From an uncultured Spirochaetota bacterium (GTDB taxonomy: Bacteria > Spirochaetota > Brevinematia > Brevinematales > JAOACQ01): 64,000 nucleotides of DNA. The DNA lies in the NCBI GenBank assembly GCA_963783575.1, contig CAWAOD010000004.1:96001-160000 (forward strand), in the 5' to 3' direction. Below, one piece after another: positions 10,064-20,370 of this stretch (position 1 is its first letter; each line of letters opens with the position of its first letter). Both the position numbers and the translations under genes were made by a program. The notes below the pieces were generated by a model that was given only the letters and a program-made list of their open reading frames with translations, did no database searches and had not been told where the DNA came from.

Positions 10064-11791
10064 TTACTCAATCACCAAAATATCATAATATTCCAGTTTA
10101 TCAATACTTAAAATAATGTCTTTTCCGGAATGTTTGAAATTTATGGTTTCATTGGTTGCCCTGTCAGGTGATACCAGAATAGCCGCCGAGGGTTCTTCGT
10201 TCATCGGAAAAGTTATTGTAATATTTGTCTGGGGAATAATCCGGCGGTTGTAATTATGATTTATGAGATGCAGCAGATACCGTTTTCTGACCGGCTGGAA
10301 AGCCAGGTTATACTCGATCCCGGGCTTATCAACGGTTATGTTTTCATCAGTATTTACCGCATCCATATAAATATCAGCGTTCTTTTTATAAAAAGAGGAA
10401 TAATCCTTTAAGAAATCCATTATTCCGGATACCGAGGCTGTCGGTTCATCCGGCATTGACGATCTCAAGTGAAAAGCGAAATACAGGCCGCAGGCATAGG
10501 CTTCGGCGGCATATATCCTCCAGAAGTCCTTTTTTTCAGAGAGGGGCAGGTGATAATACCCGTTGATCATCGGGCAGGGCCAGTCCATAAACATAACAAG
10601 CGGCGCATTACCCGATGTTTCCCTGCTCCGGTCAAGCATTTTTAGATAGATACCCTTCAATGATTTGTAGCCGACCAGGTGTCCGTAAAGTACCGGGACA
10701 TAATCCGCTTCCTTTCCGTTGTCGTCATTGTTGCCGTTGTAAAGCCCGAGGCTGTTGAAATCCATCCAGGGAAATATGCCGTTCGCGGTTAAAAGGATTT
10801 CCTTTGAATATTTTTCCCGCGCATATTTTCTCAATTCTGAGACAATTTGCTTAATATAGAGATTCATATATTTCCCGGTAAAACTTCCGTCTTTGATATT
10901 TATGCGGTTAGCTATGACGCGTCCCCATTCGGATGACAGCGGATTGTCTGATGTATGGGGATTCGATTCCCATCCGTTTTTTTGTAAATATTTTCTGTAA
11001 TTGAAATTTTTTTCAATATCGAAATAAGGTATATCGCGTCTGATAATATTATCAGGAGTCATTTTAAAATTTCTTCTCCAGTCGTTTGCCGTATAATCCG
11101 GGTATTTTACCATCAGATACCAGTTGAAATCCCTGATGAAATAATCGTCAAAGCCCTCATTCCCGTTCCAGTTCCATTGTGTCCCGCCTGTATAACCCGC
11201 GTTCAGTTCATCCAGGAAAAGACCGTCAACCCCAAGATCGATCTGCTTTTTCAGCCAGGATACAAGGTAAACGCGGTAAGCCGGGTTTGCCAGCGAACAC
11301 CTGTAAGCGCCGCGGCTAATATAGGAATGTTCCACAAGGTTTCCTTTTGCGTCCCTTGTCGCCCAATCCATAAACTGATTATTATTTGAAGCCTCATTCC
11401 TGAATACAACCGACATTGTTCCCCCGGCTATAAAAAGTATGTTTCTGGGATGGCAGTTGTTTATATAGTTTTGATAATAATCGCTGATGTTTGTTCCCCA
11501 TATATCCCATTTCTGCCAGGCCCTTAAATTGATATCCGGCCGGAATAAATAAACCTGCGGATCATCCTTATCCGTCCCAACCTGTGAAAACCCATAGACA
11601 GAAATATTTGTAAGTTTATAATTTCCCGCCGGATCCCCATCAACCTCAAAGTCTTTAAGGTTGGCCGGATCGGTGTATGAAGAATTCGATAGCAAGCCAT
11701 TTTCAACTGCGCAGGCGGAAGCCGGTATAAATATCCATTCGATTACTGAAAAAATGACAATAAAAATTAATAGCCTTAAGGATGATTTCAT
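10064..11791 (-). CDS. secreted putative glycoside hydrolase (TIM-barrel-like)
   Basis: Signal peptide, GVDGLFLDE, C-terminal LLHLINHNY beta domain; family uncertain. Confidence 0.5.
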   Translation of the reverse strand: MKSSLRLLIFIVIFSVIEWIFIPASACAVENGLLSNSSYTDPANLKDFEVDGDPAGNYKLTNISVYGFSQVGTDKDDPQVYLFRPDINLRAWQKWDIWGTNISDYYQNYINNCHPRNILFIAGGTMSVVFRNEASNNNQFMDWATRDAKGNLVEHSYISRGAYRCSLANPAYRVYLVSWLKKQIDLGVDGLFLDELNAGYTGGTQWNWNGNEGFDDYFIRDFNWYLMVKYPDYTANDWRRNFKMTPDNIIRRDIPYFDIEKNFNYRKYLQKNGWESNPHTSDNPLSSEWGRVIANRINIKDGSFTGKYMNLYIKQIVSELRKYAREKYSKEILLTANGIFPWMDFNSLGLYNGNNDDNGKEADYVPVLYGHLVGYKSLKGIYLKMLDRSRETSGNAPLVMFMDWPCPMINGYYHLPLSEKKDFWRIYAAEAYACGLYFAFHLRSSMPDEPTASVSGIMDFLKDYSSFYKKNADIYMDAVNTDENITVDKPGIEYNLAFQPVRKRYLLHLINHNYNRRIIPQTNITITFPMNEEPSAAILVSPDRATNETINFKHSGKDIILSIDKLEYYDILVIE

Positions 11792-11909
11792 TTAAACTCC
11801 TTTTTGATGAATAGGTCATGTTGCGAATGGTAGAAAATAATGAAAGAATATTTTTTTAGCAATATATTTTCCATAAAATAATTATGAAATAATAACGAGT
11901 AAAAATCAA

Positions 11910-12995
11910 TTAGTCGATAGATTCAGCGTTTTTCGATTCAATGAGAAATAAGGCTGTATCTTCAGTAATAATATCCACAAGATTTTGAGGAAGGGTTTCC
12001 CAGCAGGTTTGGAATCCGTTATTCTTTAATATCCCTGTATTTAATTTTGAAACCAGCCTCGGGCCGATGAATTTACCGATATCTTTATATCTTCCGGAAA
12101 AAATAATATAATCGACTGGCCCGATTGCCGCCATACCGCTTCCGCAGAACAGCAGAAGTTTATAAAGGAACATTTCCCTTGCTTCAATGTTAACCTTATT
12201 ATCCGTTAAAAATATATCCTGAAGCGTTTTTCCGGTTTCAACAAGACCTGCTATGCCGCTTTCTCCGGTCAAAGTATTATTGATCTCTTCGAGTCCCATA
12301 TGCAGGCTTTGAGCTATCTGTATAATTATTCCGGGATCGATGTCGCCGCTTGTGGTGTCGCCAAAAAGCCCTTCGAGAGGCGTGGTTCCCGAAGTTACAG
12401 TCACAGGTCTTAAACCCAGAACAGCCGAAACCTCCGGCCTTGGCTCAAGGCAAATAGAGACGACTCTTGCGGGCCGGTCAGCGGCTTTTTGCCGCATAAG
12501 TTTTCCGGCATATATTGCGGCGGCTTCATGGCATAATCCATGATAGCCGAATTTACGGATTTTTCTGTTGCTTAAAATATCTGGGTTGATTGCATAACTG
12601 AATTCCCTTGAAGGTAAATTGGTGAAAAAAGCGGTCTCAAAAATAAGAACAATCGGAACTCCGGTGAATATTTCCCTGCAGGCCGCCGCCAGCTCGATTA
12701 CAGCGGGCATATGCAGGGGAAATCGTGGTACCAGTTCTTTTAAAGACGGTAAAATATCATCTGAAAATAAAACAGGGCCGCGGAATTTTTCACCTCCATA
12801 GATTACCCTTAAAGCTATGGCATCGGGAAATACCGAAATTTCAGCCGCCACATTTAAAATCCTCCTCCGGATTTCAGCAATTACATCGATAATTTCTTTG
12901 GTTTCCCTGTAATTTTCAATAGTAGCGCTTATCCCTCCTCCGGAAAAATCATATTTAATGGAATTTCTTCCTGGATCTAAAACCAGTACATTCAT
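11910..12995 (-). CDS. degenerate acetate-kinase-like protein
   Basis: LRVIYGG, PLHMP, FETAFF, KFGYHG, TPLEG..SGDIDP; several catalytic motifs altered. Confidence 0.8.
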   Translation of the reverse strand: MNVLVLDPGRNSIKYDFSGGGISATIENYRETKEIIDVIAEIRRRILNVAAEISVFPDAIALRVIYGGEKFRGPVLFSDDILPSLKELVPRFPLHMPAVIELAAACREIFTGVPIVLIFETAFFTNLPSREFSYAINPDILSNRKIRKFGYHGLCHEAAAIYAGKLMRQKAADRPARVVSICLEPRPEVSAVLGLRPVTVTSGTTPLEGLFGDTTSGDIDPGIIIQIAQSLHMGLEEINNTLTGESGIAGLVETGKTLQDIFLTDNKVNIEAREMFLYKLLLFCGSGMAAIGPVDYIIFSGRYKDIGKFIGPRLVSKLNTGILKNNGFQTCWETLPQNLVDIITEDTALFLIESKNAESID

Positions 12996-14205
12996 ATATT
13001 CTCCTTTATTTTGAATATTATACCTGCCGTTTCCCTCGCGATTTCCAGCTCTTCATTCGTGGCTATAACAAGCAGCCTCACCGGACTGCCGTTTGAGGCA
13101 ACATCGGCGGGCAGCATCTTAACCGAACTATTCTTACTTTCATTGATTTCTATGCCGAATGCTTCCATTCCGGCACAGACAGACTGCCTGACTTCGGGGA
13201 TTGTTTCTCCGATGGTATCGGTAAAAATAACCGCATCGGGGATGCCGACCACGGCAAGATATGAACCGAGAGCTTTGCGGATGCGCCACAAATAAACCTG
13301 CAGAGTCAGTTCAAGCCTTTCGTCATTTCTTCCTTTACCGTTTAATCCGTTGATGATATCCCTGATGTCGCCTGACACACCCGAGAGGCCCAATACACCG
13401 CTTTTTTTATTCAGAATGTTCTCAAGTTCCTTAAAATCTCCGCCTGAAAGAAGCGTCAGTTGAAGCGCAAAAGCCGGGTCAATATCCCCGCTCCTTGTGC
13501 TCATAACAAGCCCCGGCAGCGGGGAATATCCCATAGTATTGTCGGCCGACCTGCCGTTAATAACCGCGCAGAGGCTCGCGCCCCCGCTTCCAAGATGACA
13601 GCTGACGGCATTAATTTTTTCAACGGGCTTATTCAAAAATTTCGCGGCTTCTGTTATAACATATTTATGGCTTGTACCATGAAAACCGAATTTTTTAATT
13701 CCCAGTTTATTGATAATATCTTTCGGAAGGGGATAACTCGCGGCATAATCGGGAATTGTAGAGTGATATACCGTGTCAAAAACTGCAGCCTGTTTTAAAC
13801 CCGGGTAAAGCCTGTGGCATGAATCGATCAGGGCAATTGCCGGAGGATTATGTATCGGCGCAAAACCCAGAGTCCTTTTTAATTTGACTATTGCTTCATG
13901 GTCGATAAAACATGTTTTTTGAAAATACCTCCGTCATGGACCACTCTGTGCCCGATTGCGTCAACCGGATGGCCCTTTCCGCCGGATAAAAGTTTGAGAA
14001 TCTCCTCAAAAGCCCTTTCATGGCTCGGCATATCCACTATGATCTTTTCCTCAATACCCTTTTCCCTGTGCAGTATCATCGATGGTTCCGCCGTTTTCGG
14101 CCCGATCCTCTGAGCCTCACCCCCGGCAATTTCCCTCTCCGAGGGCATCTCAATCAGCCTGTATTTCAACGATGAACTGCCGCAATTGAAAACCAATATA
14201 TTCAC
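12992..14205 (-). pseudogene. ackA: acetate/propionate kinase with one frameshift near 13907
   Basis: NCGSSSLKY, GHRVVH; adding one base at the A4 run 13907-13910 restores APIHNP, FDT, GFHGTSH, CHLG, TRSGDIDP, ATNEE. Confidence 0.8.
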
Positions 14206-14282
14206 ATTCACTTTTTTCTCCAATTTTATCTATACTCTCTGGATATTTACTTAACAACAGAAAGTTGTATCTTCCGCTAAAC

Positions 14283-14373
14283 CAAGTAACATAAGGAGCA
14301 CGGATGCTCCATGATAGTTTCCATTTTATCACAAAGGCAGTCGAACGATAGTTCGACAGCGGCACGATGCCGC
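14283..14373 (+). repeat. modular palindromic intergenic repeat, copy 1
   Basis: GGAGCACGGATGCTCCATGA then GTCGAACGATAGTTCGAC-AGCGGCACGATGCCGC; related copies near 25.9 and 45.3 kb. Confidence 0.75.
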
Positions 14374-15591
14374 CTAGATTTCATCGATTGTCCATCCGTA
14401 AACAGGCACCCCGGCCAGTCCCTGAACCATTACAGCAGTACCGAATATGCATTCCTTAAGCTTTTCAATCTCTACATATTCGTCAATTTCATGAGCGTTT
14501 GATTCATTTCCCGGCCCATAGCCGATTACAGGAATGTTAAACTCGCTATTTAAAACTCCGCCTGAAGTTCCCATTCCGATTTTCCCGAGTTTCCATTTCC
14601 CGCTTTTTACCTCACAGCCCGATGCGAGAAGAGATTGGCGCGCCCTTTCCATCATAGGATGAAAAGGGTCGGTCTCCCAGGCCCTGGCAAAATAAAGAGC
14701 GGTTGCCTTCCGTCCCGTATAAAACTCCTGATTTTCTTTCTTAATAAAGGCATTAACTGCGACTTTTCCTGCCGATTTAGATGCAGAAGCCGCTCTTTTC
14801 CCCATATTGTCAACTATATTTTCCGGCACTTCGCCTTTGTAAAGCCTGCTTTTAAAGCTAAGTAAAGAATGTTTTGTATCATTAATGGAATCATAATAAT
14901 CCCTGTCGACAGAATATTGACTGTCACCGCTTTCGCCGCTGCTTTCAGCAAGCTCATTTGAAACAACTTCTACCGCATCCTCAACCTCAAAAGCGTTATG
15001 ACTTTCAAGTTTTACATCGATTTCCATCCAGCCATCATGCCCGTAATACATACCGAGTTCGGTCGGTTCACCGAGGATTGCAAAATCAGGAGGCATAGAA
15101 AGTCCGGGCAGAGTTTCACTCATTAAAAACCTTGTTCCAAGGCTCAAACCGTTTTCTTCCGCAACGGTTGCGGCGACAATAATATTACCCCGCATAGGCA
15201 GGAGGCTTTTTTTAAGTAAGGCTCCGGCATATACCTGTGCCGCAATTCCGCCTTTACAGTCGCTTGAACCTCTTCCGAATATTTTCCCATCGCTAAGTGT
15301 ACCGGAATATGGCGGATAGTTCCATACTTCATCCTGCCCGACATCCACGGTGTCTATGTGTGAAGACAGTAAAACCGATGGTTTTTGTTCCCTTCCGTAC
15401 ATAATACCGATCACATTGCCAGCGCCGTCACGGAAAACTTTATCATAATCAAGCTTTCGCATTTCCTTTTCCACAAGATCGGCAGCCTTTTCTTCATTTA
15501 AACTCACACTGGGAACTTTGATCAGCCTGGATGCAAACTGTATCGCATCATTTGACATCCAATTGCATTTGCCTTTTAACATCTGATACAT
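14374..15591 (-). CDS. M20-family metallohydrolase (ArgE/DapE/YgeY-like)
   Basis: SHIDTV, GRGSSDCKGG, AEE, GEPT, GYGPG...AH..DEY. Confidence 0.88.
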   Translation of the reverse strand: MYQMLKGKCNWMSNDAIQFASRLIKVPSVSLNEEKAADLVEKEMRKLDYDKVFRDGAGNVIGIMYGREQKPSVLLSSHIDTVDVGQDEVWNYPPYSGTLSDGKIFGRGSSDCKGGIAAQVYAGALLKKSLLPMRGNIIVAATVAEENGLSLGTRFLMSETLPGLSMPPDFAILGEPTELGMYYGHDGWMEIDVKLESHNAFEVEDAVEVVSNELAESSGESGDSQYSVDRDYYDSINDTKHSLLSFKSRLYKGEVPENIVDNMGKRAASASKSAGKVAVNAFIKKENQEFYTGRKATALYFARAWETDPFHPMMERARQSLLASGCEVKSGKWKLGKIGMGTSGGVLNSEFNIPVIGYGPGNESNAHEIDEYVEIEKLKECIFGTAVMVQGLAGVPVYGWTIDEI

Positions 15592-15626
15592 ATAAACTCC
15601 TTATATTTATTTTTCTGTATAATTAG

Positions 15627-15643
15627 TGCAAATTATGTGCCAA
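15627..15643 (-). promoter_or_regulatory. sigma54 -24/-12 promoter
   Basis: Minus strand TTGGCAC-ATAAT-TTGCA about 35 bp upstream of the M20 start; divergent sigma54 activator adjacent. Confidence 0.88.
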
Positions 15644-15767
15644 TGTATTTATGTGATTGATATCATTATAGTTAAATATTTATTTGAAAGAGTATATTTT
15701 TGACAAACATATAAATATGTTTCATAATGAAATATAAAAATATCAAAATGAAATAAATGGGGTTTAT

Positions 15768-17414
15768 ATGAAAGCCGAAAATTTGAAATTGGAAGAGTTC
15801 ATCGATATAGCCGAAGGCAGGATTGATTTCCATGGAAGAAGGCTTGTCCTGCATTCAATTAATGCCTTTGCCCAATTGAGAAGGGATTTGATAGAAAATA
15901 TCGGTGAAGATCAGGCAAGGCAGATATTCACAAGGTTCGGATATTTTTCAGGCCAGGCGGATGCCGCCGCGATGAAGCGAATATTCGGCTGGGACAATTT
16001 AACAGAGCTTTTAAAAGCCGGCCCGAAAATGCATTCCATTATGGGGATAGCAAGGATGGTCACAAAAACACTTGATATTGAAGAGAAAACAAACAGGTTT
16101 AATATGGAAGTCATCCTCTATGACTCCGGTGAAGCCGAAGAGCATATTCTAGAGATCGGAAAGTCTGCCGGCCCGGTTTGCTGGATGATGACCGGTTATG
16201 CAAGCGGCTTCGCATCATTCTGCCTGGGGTATAATGTCTATTTTAAAGAGACCAAATGCATGGCCGGCGGTGATGAGATATGTTACGCTGTCGGCAGGGA
16301 TGAATTGTCCTGGGGCGATCAAATCAGGGAAATACGAACTTATTTTCAGGCAGAGGATATAAAGGGTAAGGTTCAAAAATTGACGGAAACCATCAAAAAA
16401 AAGACAACCCAGCTTGAAAAGCAGAAATGGAAATTCAAACAGCTGGAACATGGCGGAATAAACGGCAAGGACATGTTTATTGAGGCCCTGAGCCGGACTT
16501 TCCAGAAAGCGCTGGATATTGCCTACCGCGTTTCCCGGTTTGAAAGTTCGGTACTGATAACCGGTGAAACAGGAACCGGAAAGGAAGTCCTCGCCCGTTA
16601 TATCCACAGGAATTCCATCCGCTCGACCGGAAAGTTTGTGGCGATAAACTGCGCCGCTCTTCCGGAAACCCTTCTTGAAAGCGAGCTTTTTGGGCACAAA
16701 GCCGGCTCATTTACCGGCGCGGTTCGTGACAGAACGGGTCTTTTTGAAGAGGCCAATAACGGCACAATATTTCTGGACGAGATCGGCGACGTTTCGCCCG
16801 CGATGCAGTCTAGGCTTCTCAGGGTACTCCAGGAAAAAGAAATAGTCAGGCTGGGAGAGAACATTCCGAGGAAAATCAATTCAAGAGTTATAGCGGCCAC
16901 AAACCGTAATCTATTGAATGATGTCCGGGATGGAAAATTCCGTGAAGACTTGCTATACAGGATAAGGGTCATTGAAATCGAGGTGCCTCCCCTCCGTGAA
17001 AGACAGGACGATATTCTTTCGCTTACCCGTTTTTTCATAAAAAAGCTCTCGAAAAAAATGAACCTTCCCAAACTCCGGCTTGATTCCACCTGCGCCGATT
17101 ATCTTCAAAATTATTCCTGGCCCGGTAATGTGAGGGAATTGGAAAATATCCTTGAAAGGGCTTCCGTTTTGACCGCAGATCAGACAATAAGGCCCGAGCA
17201 TCTTACATATTCCATAACTCATTTCTCAGCCGCAGACAGCGTCAAATATAACCCTTTATTGGTAACTCTGAATGAACTTGAGGCCGGCCATATCAAGAAA
17301 GTCCTGGAATTATCCGGGCAAAACAGGTCGAAAGCCGCAAAAGCGCTGGGTATAAGTCTTGCAACTTTGTGGAGAAAGCTTAAAATTTATGATAAATTGC
17401 CTGTTGACAAATAA
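15768..17414 (+). CDS. XylR/DmpR-type sigma54-dependent activator (XylR_N, V4R, AAA+, HTH)
   Basis: RRLVL...[53 protein letters not shown], Fis-like HTH. Confidence 0.93.
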   Translation: MKAENLKLEEFIDIAEGRIDFHGRRLVLHSINAFAQLRRDLIENIGEDQARQIFTRFGYFSGQADAAAMKRIFGWDNLTELLKAGPKMHSIMGIARMVTKTLDIEEKTNRFNMEVILYDSGEAEEHILEIGKSAGPVCWMMTGYASGFASFCLGYNVYFKETKCMAGGDEICYAVGRDELSWGDQIREIRTYFQAEDIKGKVQKLTETIKKKTTQLEKQKWKFKQLEHGGINGKDMFIEALSRTFQKALDIAYRVSRFESSVLITGETGTGKEVLARYIHRNSIRSTGKFVAINCAALPETLLESELFGHKAGSFTGAVRDRTGLFEEANNGTIFLDEIGDVSPAMQSRLLRVLQEKEIVRLGENIPRKINSRVIAATNRNLLNDVRDGKFREDLLYRIRVIEIEVPPLRERQDDILSLTRFFIKKLSKKMNLPKLRLDSTCADYLQNYSWPGNVRELENILERASVLTADQTIRPEHLTYSITHFSAADSVKYNPLLVTLNELEAGHIKKVLELSGQNRSKAAKALGISLATLWRKLKIYDKLPVDK

Positions 17415-17440
17415 AAATTTTTAATCCTGGAGGCAGAAAT

Positions 17441-18523
17441 ATGCGGAAAGCGGTTATTCATTATTTTACGGGAACCGGTAACACAGCCCATGCTACGGAT
17501 GTTTTGGCCGGGGAATTAAATAAAAACGGTTATGAGACTTTATTGATTGAGGTTCATAAAGATACAAAACCCGTAGACATTCAATTCGATCTGAATATTA
17601 TTATTTTTCCGGTATATGCTTTAGCGGCTCCGCATGTCATGATTGGATATTTAAAGAAATTACCGAAAGGTAAAGGTGCTAAAACAGCCGTCATAGCTAA
17701 TTTCGGTATGATAAATTTAAAAGGAGGCGCGAATACTGGATACGAAAGCCAGGCGCCGGAGCAGGCTGCCAGGATATTGAGGCGGAGAGGTTACGATGTT
17801 TTTTTAACCGGACGAGCCGGGTACCCAGAAAATATTACAATCATTGCTTCATCAATATCAAGGGAGGATATCGATTCAATAACAATCGCCGGCGATAAAG
17901 AAATACGGGCAATAGCCGGAAAAATAATTAATGGTGAAATCAGCATTGTTAGATACAATGTTCTGGATTTGACACTCGGATGGCTTTTCGGATTCCTTTT
18001 AATGCATTTCGGAAGGTGGCAGATCGGTAAAATGTATTCGGCAGACAGGGACTGCAATTCTTGCGGGATTTGCGTTCAGAGCTGTCCGGCAGAGGCAATA
18101 CGGTTATTCAATAAAAAACCTCGCTGGAATTATAACTGCGAAGCATGCCTCCGGTGCTACAATATCTGTCCGAAAACCGCCATACAAATTTCCATAATCC
18201 GTATCGCTGTTGTTTTAGCGCTAACCATTGGCCTCATTCCTTTAGTTGTTGTCAATATTAACTCCGCGCTTAATCTGATTGCGTCATATCTGAAAATCAG
18301 GCCGGTTGACATTCCATTTTTAAAAGTGATTACAGGGATCGCCGCATATATTCTAATTTATATAATAATATTTTATATACTGGATAAAATAATGTTTATT
18401 CTTGAACAAATCCCTTTTGTAAGAAAGATTTTTAAATGGACATATACAAAGAAATTTAAACGGTATGTTATGCCTGGATTTAACAACCGTGCCACTTCGA
18501 CAGGCTCAGTGCAGGCTTCTTGA
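17441..18523 (+). CDS. EFR1-family flavodoxin/4Fe-4S protein with C-terminal TM helices
   Basis: YFTGTGNT, FPVY, two CxxCxxCxxxCP motifs. Confidence 0.85.
   Translation: MRKAVIHYFTGTGNTAHATDVLAGELNKNGYETLLIEVHKDTKPVDIQFDLNIIIFPVYALAAPHVMIGYLKKLPKGKGAKTAVIANFGMINLKGGANTGYESQAPEQAARILRRRGYDVFLTGRAGYPENITIIASSISREDIDSITIAGDKEIRAIAGKIINGEISIVRYNVLDLTLGWLFGFLLMHFGRWQIGKMYSADRDCNSCGICVQSCPAEAIRLFNKKPRWNYNCEACLRCYNICPKTAIQISIIRIAVVLALTIGLIPLVVVNINSALNLIASYLKIRPVDIPFLKVITGIAAYILIYIIIFYILDKIMFILEQIPFVRKIFKWTYTKKFKRYVMPGFNNRATSTGSVQAS
18495..18515 (+). repeat. CTTCGACAGGCTCAG REP-like unit within the 3' end of the EFR1 gene
   Basis: Same motif family as the insert in rtcB at 55519-55565. Confidence 0.55.
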
Positions 18524-18578
18524 CCAGTATAATTCCTCGCGGTTTTATCGGCGCAAAATAAATTACTATGAGGTTTAA

Positions 18579-19625
18579 ATGGAAACTGATAATAAGATCA
18601 ATATCGCTTTAATCGGCTGCGGAGTTCACTCGTATAAGCATGCAAACGCGATTAAAGAAGTAAAAGACCTGAATCTTGTTTCCTGCTGCGATATAAATGA
18701 AAGCAGGGCAGGGGACTGGTCGGAAAAATACAACTGCAGTCCATACGGCAGTATAGAGAAGATGTTAAAAAATGAAAAAATCGATGCGGTAATTTTATGC
18801 ACCTGGCCAAATCAGCACCTGGAGCAGATAAAATTATGCCTTAACGCGGGAGTTAAAAACATACTCTGCGAAAAATCGCTTGCCGTCAATAGTAAAGAGG
18901 CTTATGAAATATGGATTCTCGCCAAAGAAAACAAAGCCTTTTTAATGGAGGCCTGCATGTACAGGCACCATCCGGCGATAAAAAAAACAGAGGAACTTGT
19001 TTTTAATTCAGGTATCGGGAAAATCGACAGCATAACTGCCGTTTTCAGCAATTATGAACCGGAAGCCCATAATGATCCTTTACAATCAATAGACTGGAGA
19101 TACAGAAAAGAATGCGGGGGTGGCGTGACGCATGACTGGATGTCTTATTGTGTAAACGCCTGCAATTATTTCAGCGGAAGCAGGCCCGTCAGTGTATACG
19201 CGTCCGGCGGAATAAATAAAGAATATGATATTATCGACAGGCTTTATGGCCAGATTGTTTATGACAATGGAATCATCGGAATAATTGAGAGCAGTAAATA
19301 TGCGAACTTCAGCCAGATGCTTCAAATAAGCTGCGCTTATGGAATAATAGAACTGCCGGTTGCCTGGGGAATTTTCGGCGACGTAACTATATACAAACAT
19401 CACAGGAAAGAAAAATGGGATTATATTCTTACAGATCCATACAAAATAAAGAAAGCCGATCCGTTTATCCTGCAATTGATGAATTTTTCAGATGCAATAA
19501 AAGGAAATTCCGCCCCAAAAATTTCGCTTGAAGAATCGGTCATTAATATTTATACAATTGAAGCACTTATTAACAGTTTAATTAATAATAAAACAATTGA
19601 TTTAGACCTCCCGAATATTTACTGA
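18579..19625 (+). CDS. Gfo/Idh/MocA-family oxidoreductase
   Basis: IALIGCG, H..., ILCEKSL, MEA.MYRHHP, GGG. Confidence 0.9.
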   Translation: METDNKINIALIGCGVHSYKHANAIKEVKDLNLVSCCDINESRAGDWSEKYNCSPYGSIEKMLKNEKIDAVILCTWPNQHLEQIKLCLNAGVKNILCEKSLAVNSKEAYEIWILAKENKAFLMEACMYRHHPAIKKTEELVFNSGIGKIDSITAVFSNYEPEAHNDPLQSIDWRYRKECGGGVTHDWMSYCVNACNYFSGSRPVSVYASGGINKEYDIIDRLYGQIVYDNGIIGIIESSKYANFSQMLQISCAYGIIELPVAWGIFGDVTIYKHHRKEKWDYILTDPYKIKKADPFILQLMNFSDAIKGNSAPKISLEESVINIYTIEALINSLINNKTIDLDLPNIY

Positions 19626-19825
19626 TTTATTATTTTCATCGCACTATACTATACTGTATATCCCACTTTAAATTTCCATTTCAAAAGCCGCTTTGAAAAA
19701 TTAATTTTTCAGACAAAAATGATAAAATATATCCAAAGTCATATTGATCAATCCAGCAGAAAAATATATACTTTTTGAAAAGCTGCTGTTAATAAAATAT
19801 TAAAGAAGGAATATAGGAGAGATTT

Positions 19826-20332
19826 ATGCAGTTAAATTATATTAAGCAATTTTCAATTTTATTCTCTTGTTTCTTTTTTGCTGACATACTGTTTGCCGAA
19901 ACCCCTCCGATAACAAACAACCCGTTGAAAATCTGCATGCAGTTGACCTGGGATGCCGGTGTCCGGTTTGGAGCGGAATATGAAATTTCCCCCTGCTTCG
20001 CTCTTAAATCGGACATAGGAACAACTTTATTCAGCTTTGAAGGGAATCTGGTAATTACTTACGATATTTTCGGCGTCTGGGAACTATTGAAAAAAAACAG
20101 TCCTTTTCAGATAAATTTACTGTTCGGACTTCCCTATAATATGTATGTTTTTGGAGTAAATTCTGAAATGTATTCTTTTGGATGCTCCTTAGAATTTGGC
20201 TACCGCTTTAACAAAAAATATGCATTATATTTCAGGGGCGGCGGGGGTTATCCTGTTTATTATAATTCCGGAAAATGGTCATCCGGAATATTATGGCCCG
20301 ATGCCGCGCTTGAACTTAAGATTTCAATATAA
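19826..20332 (+). CDS. hypothetical secreted protein, probable small outer-membrane beta-barrel
   Basis: Signal peptide, alternating beta strands, LELKISI C-terminus. Confidence 0.5.
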   Translation: MQLNYIKQFSILFSCFFFADILFAETPPITNNPLKICMQLTWDAGVRFGAEYEISPCFALKSDIGTTLFSFEGNLVITYDIFGVWELLKKNSPFQINLLFGLPYNMYVFGVNSEMYSFGCSLEFGYRFNKKYALYFRGGGGYPVYYNSGKWSSGILWPDAALELKISI

Positions 20333-20370
20333 AATATAAACCTTTAAGGCGTCACAAAGATTGAGTATAC

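Noticed and set aside
14374..15591. Selenoprotein or selenium-linked YgeY purine-catabolism locus
   Set aside because: No in-frame TGA and none of the usual partner genes in the window
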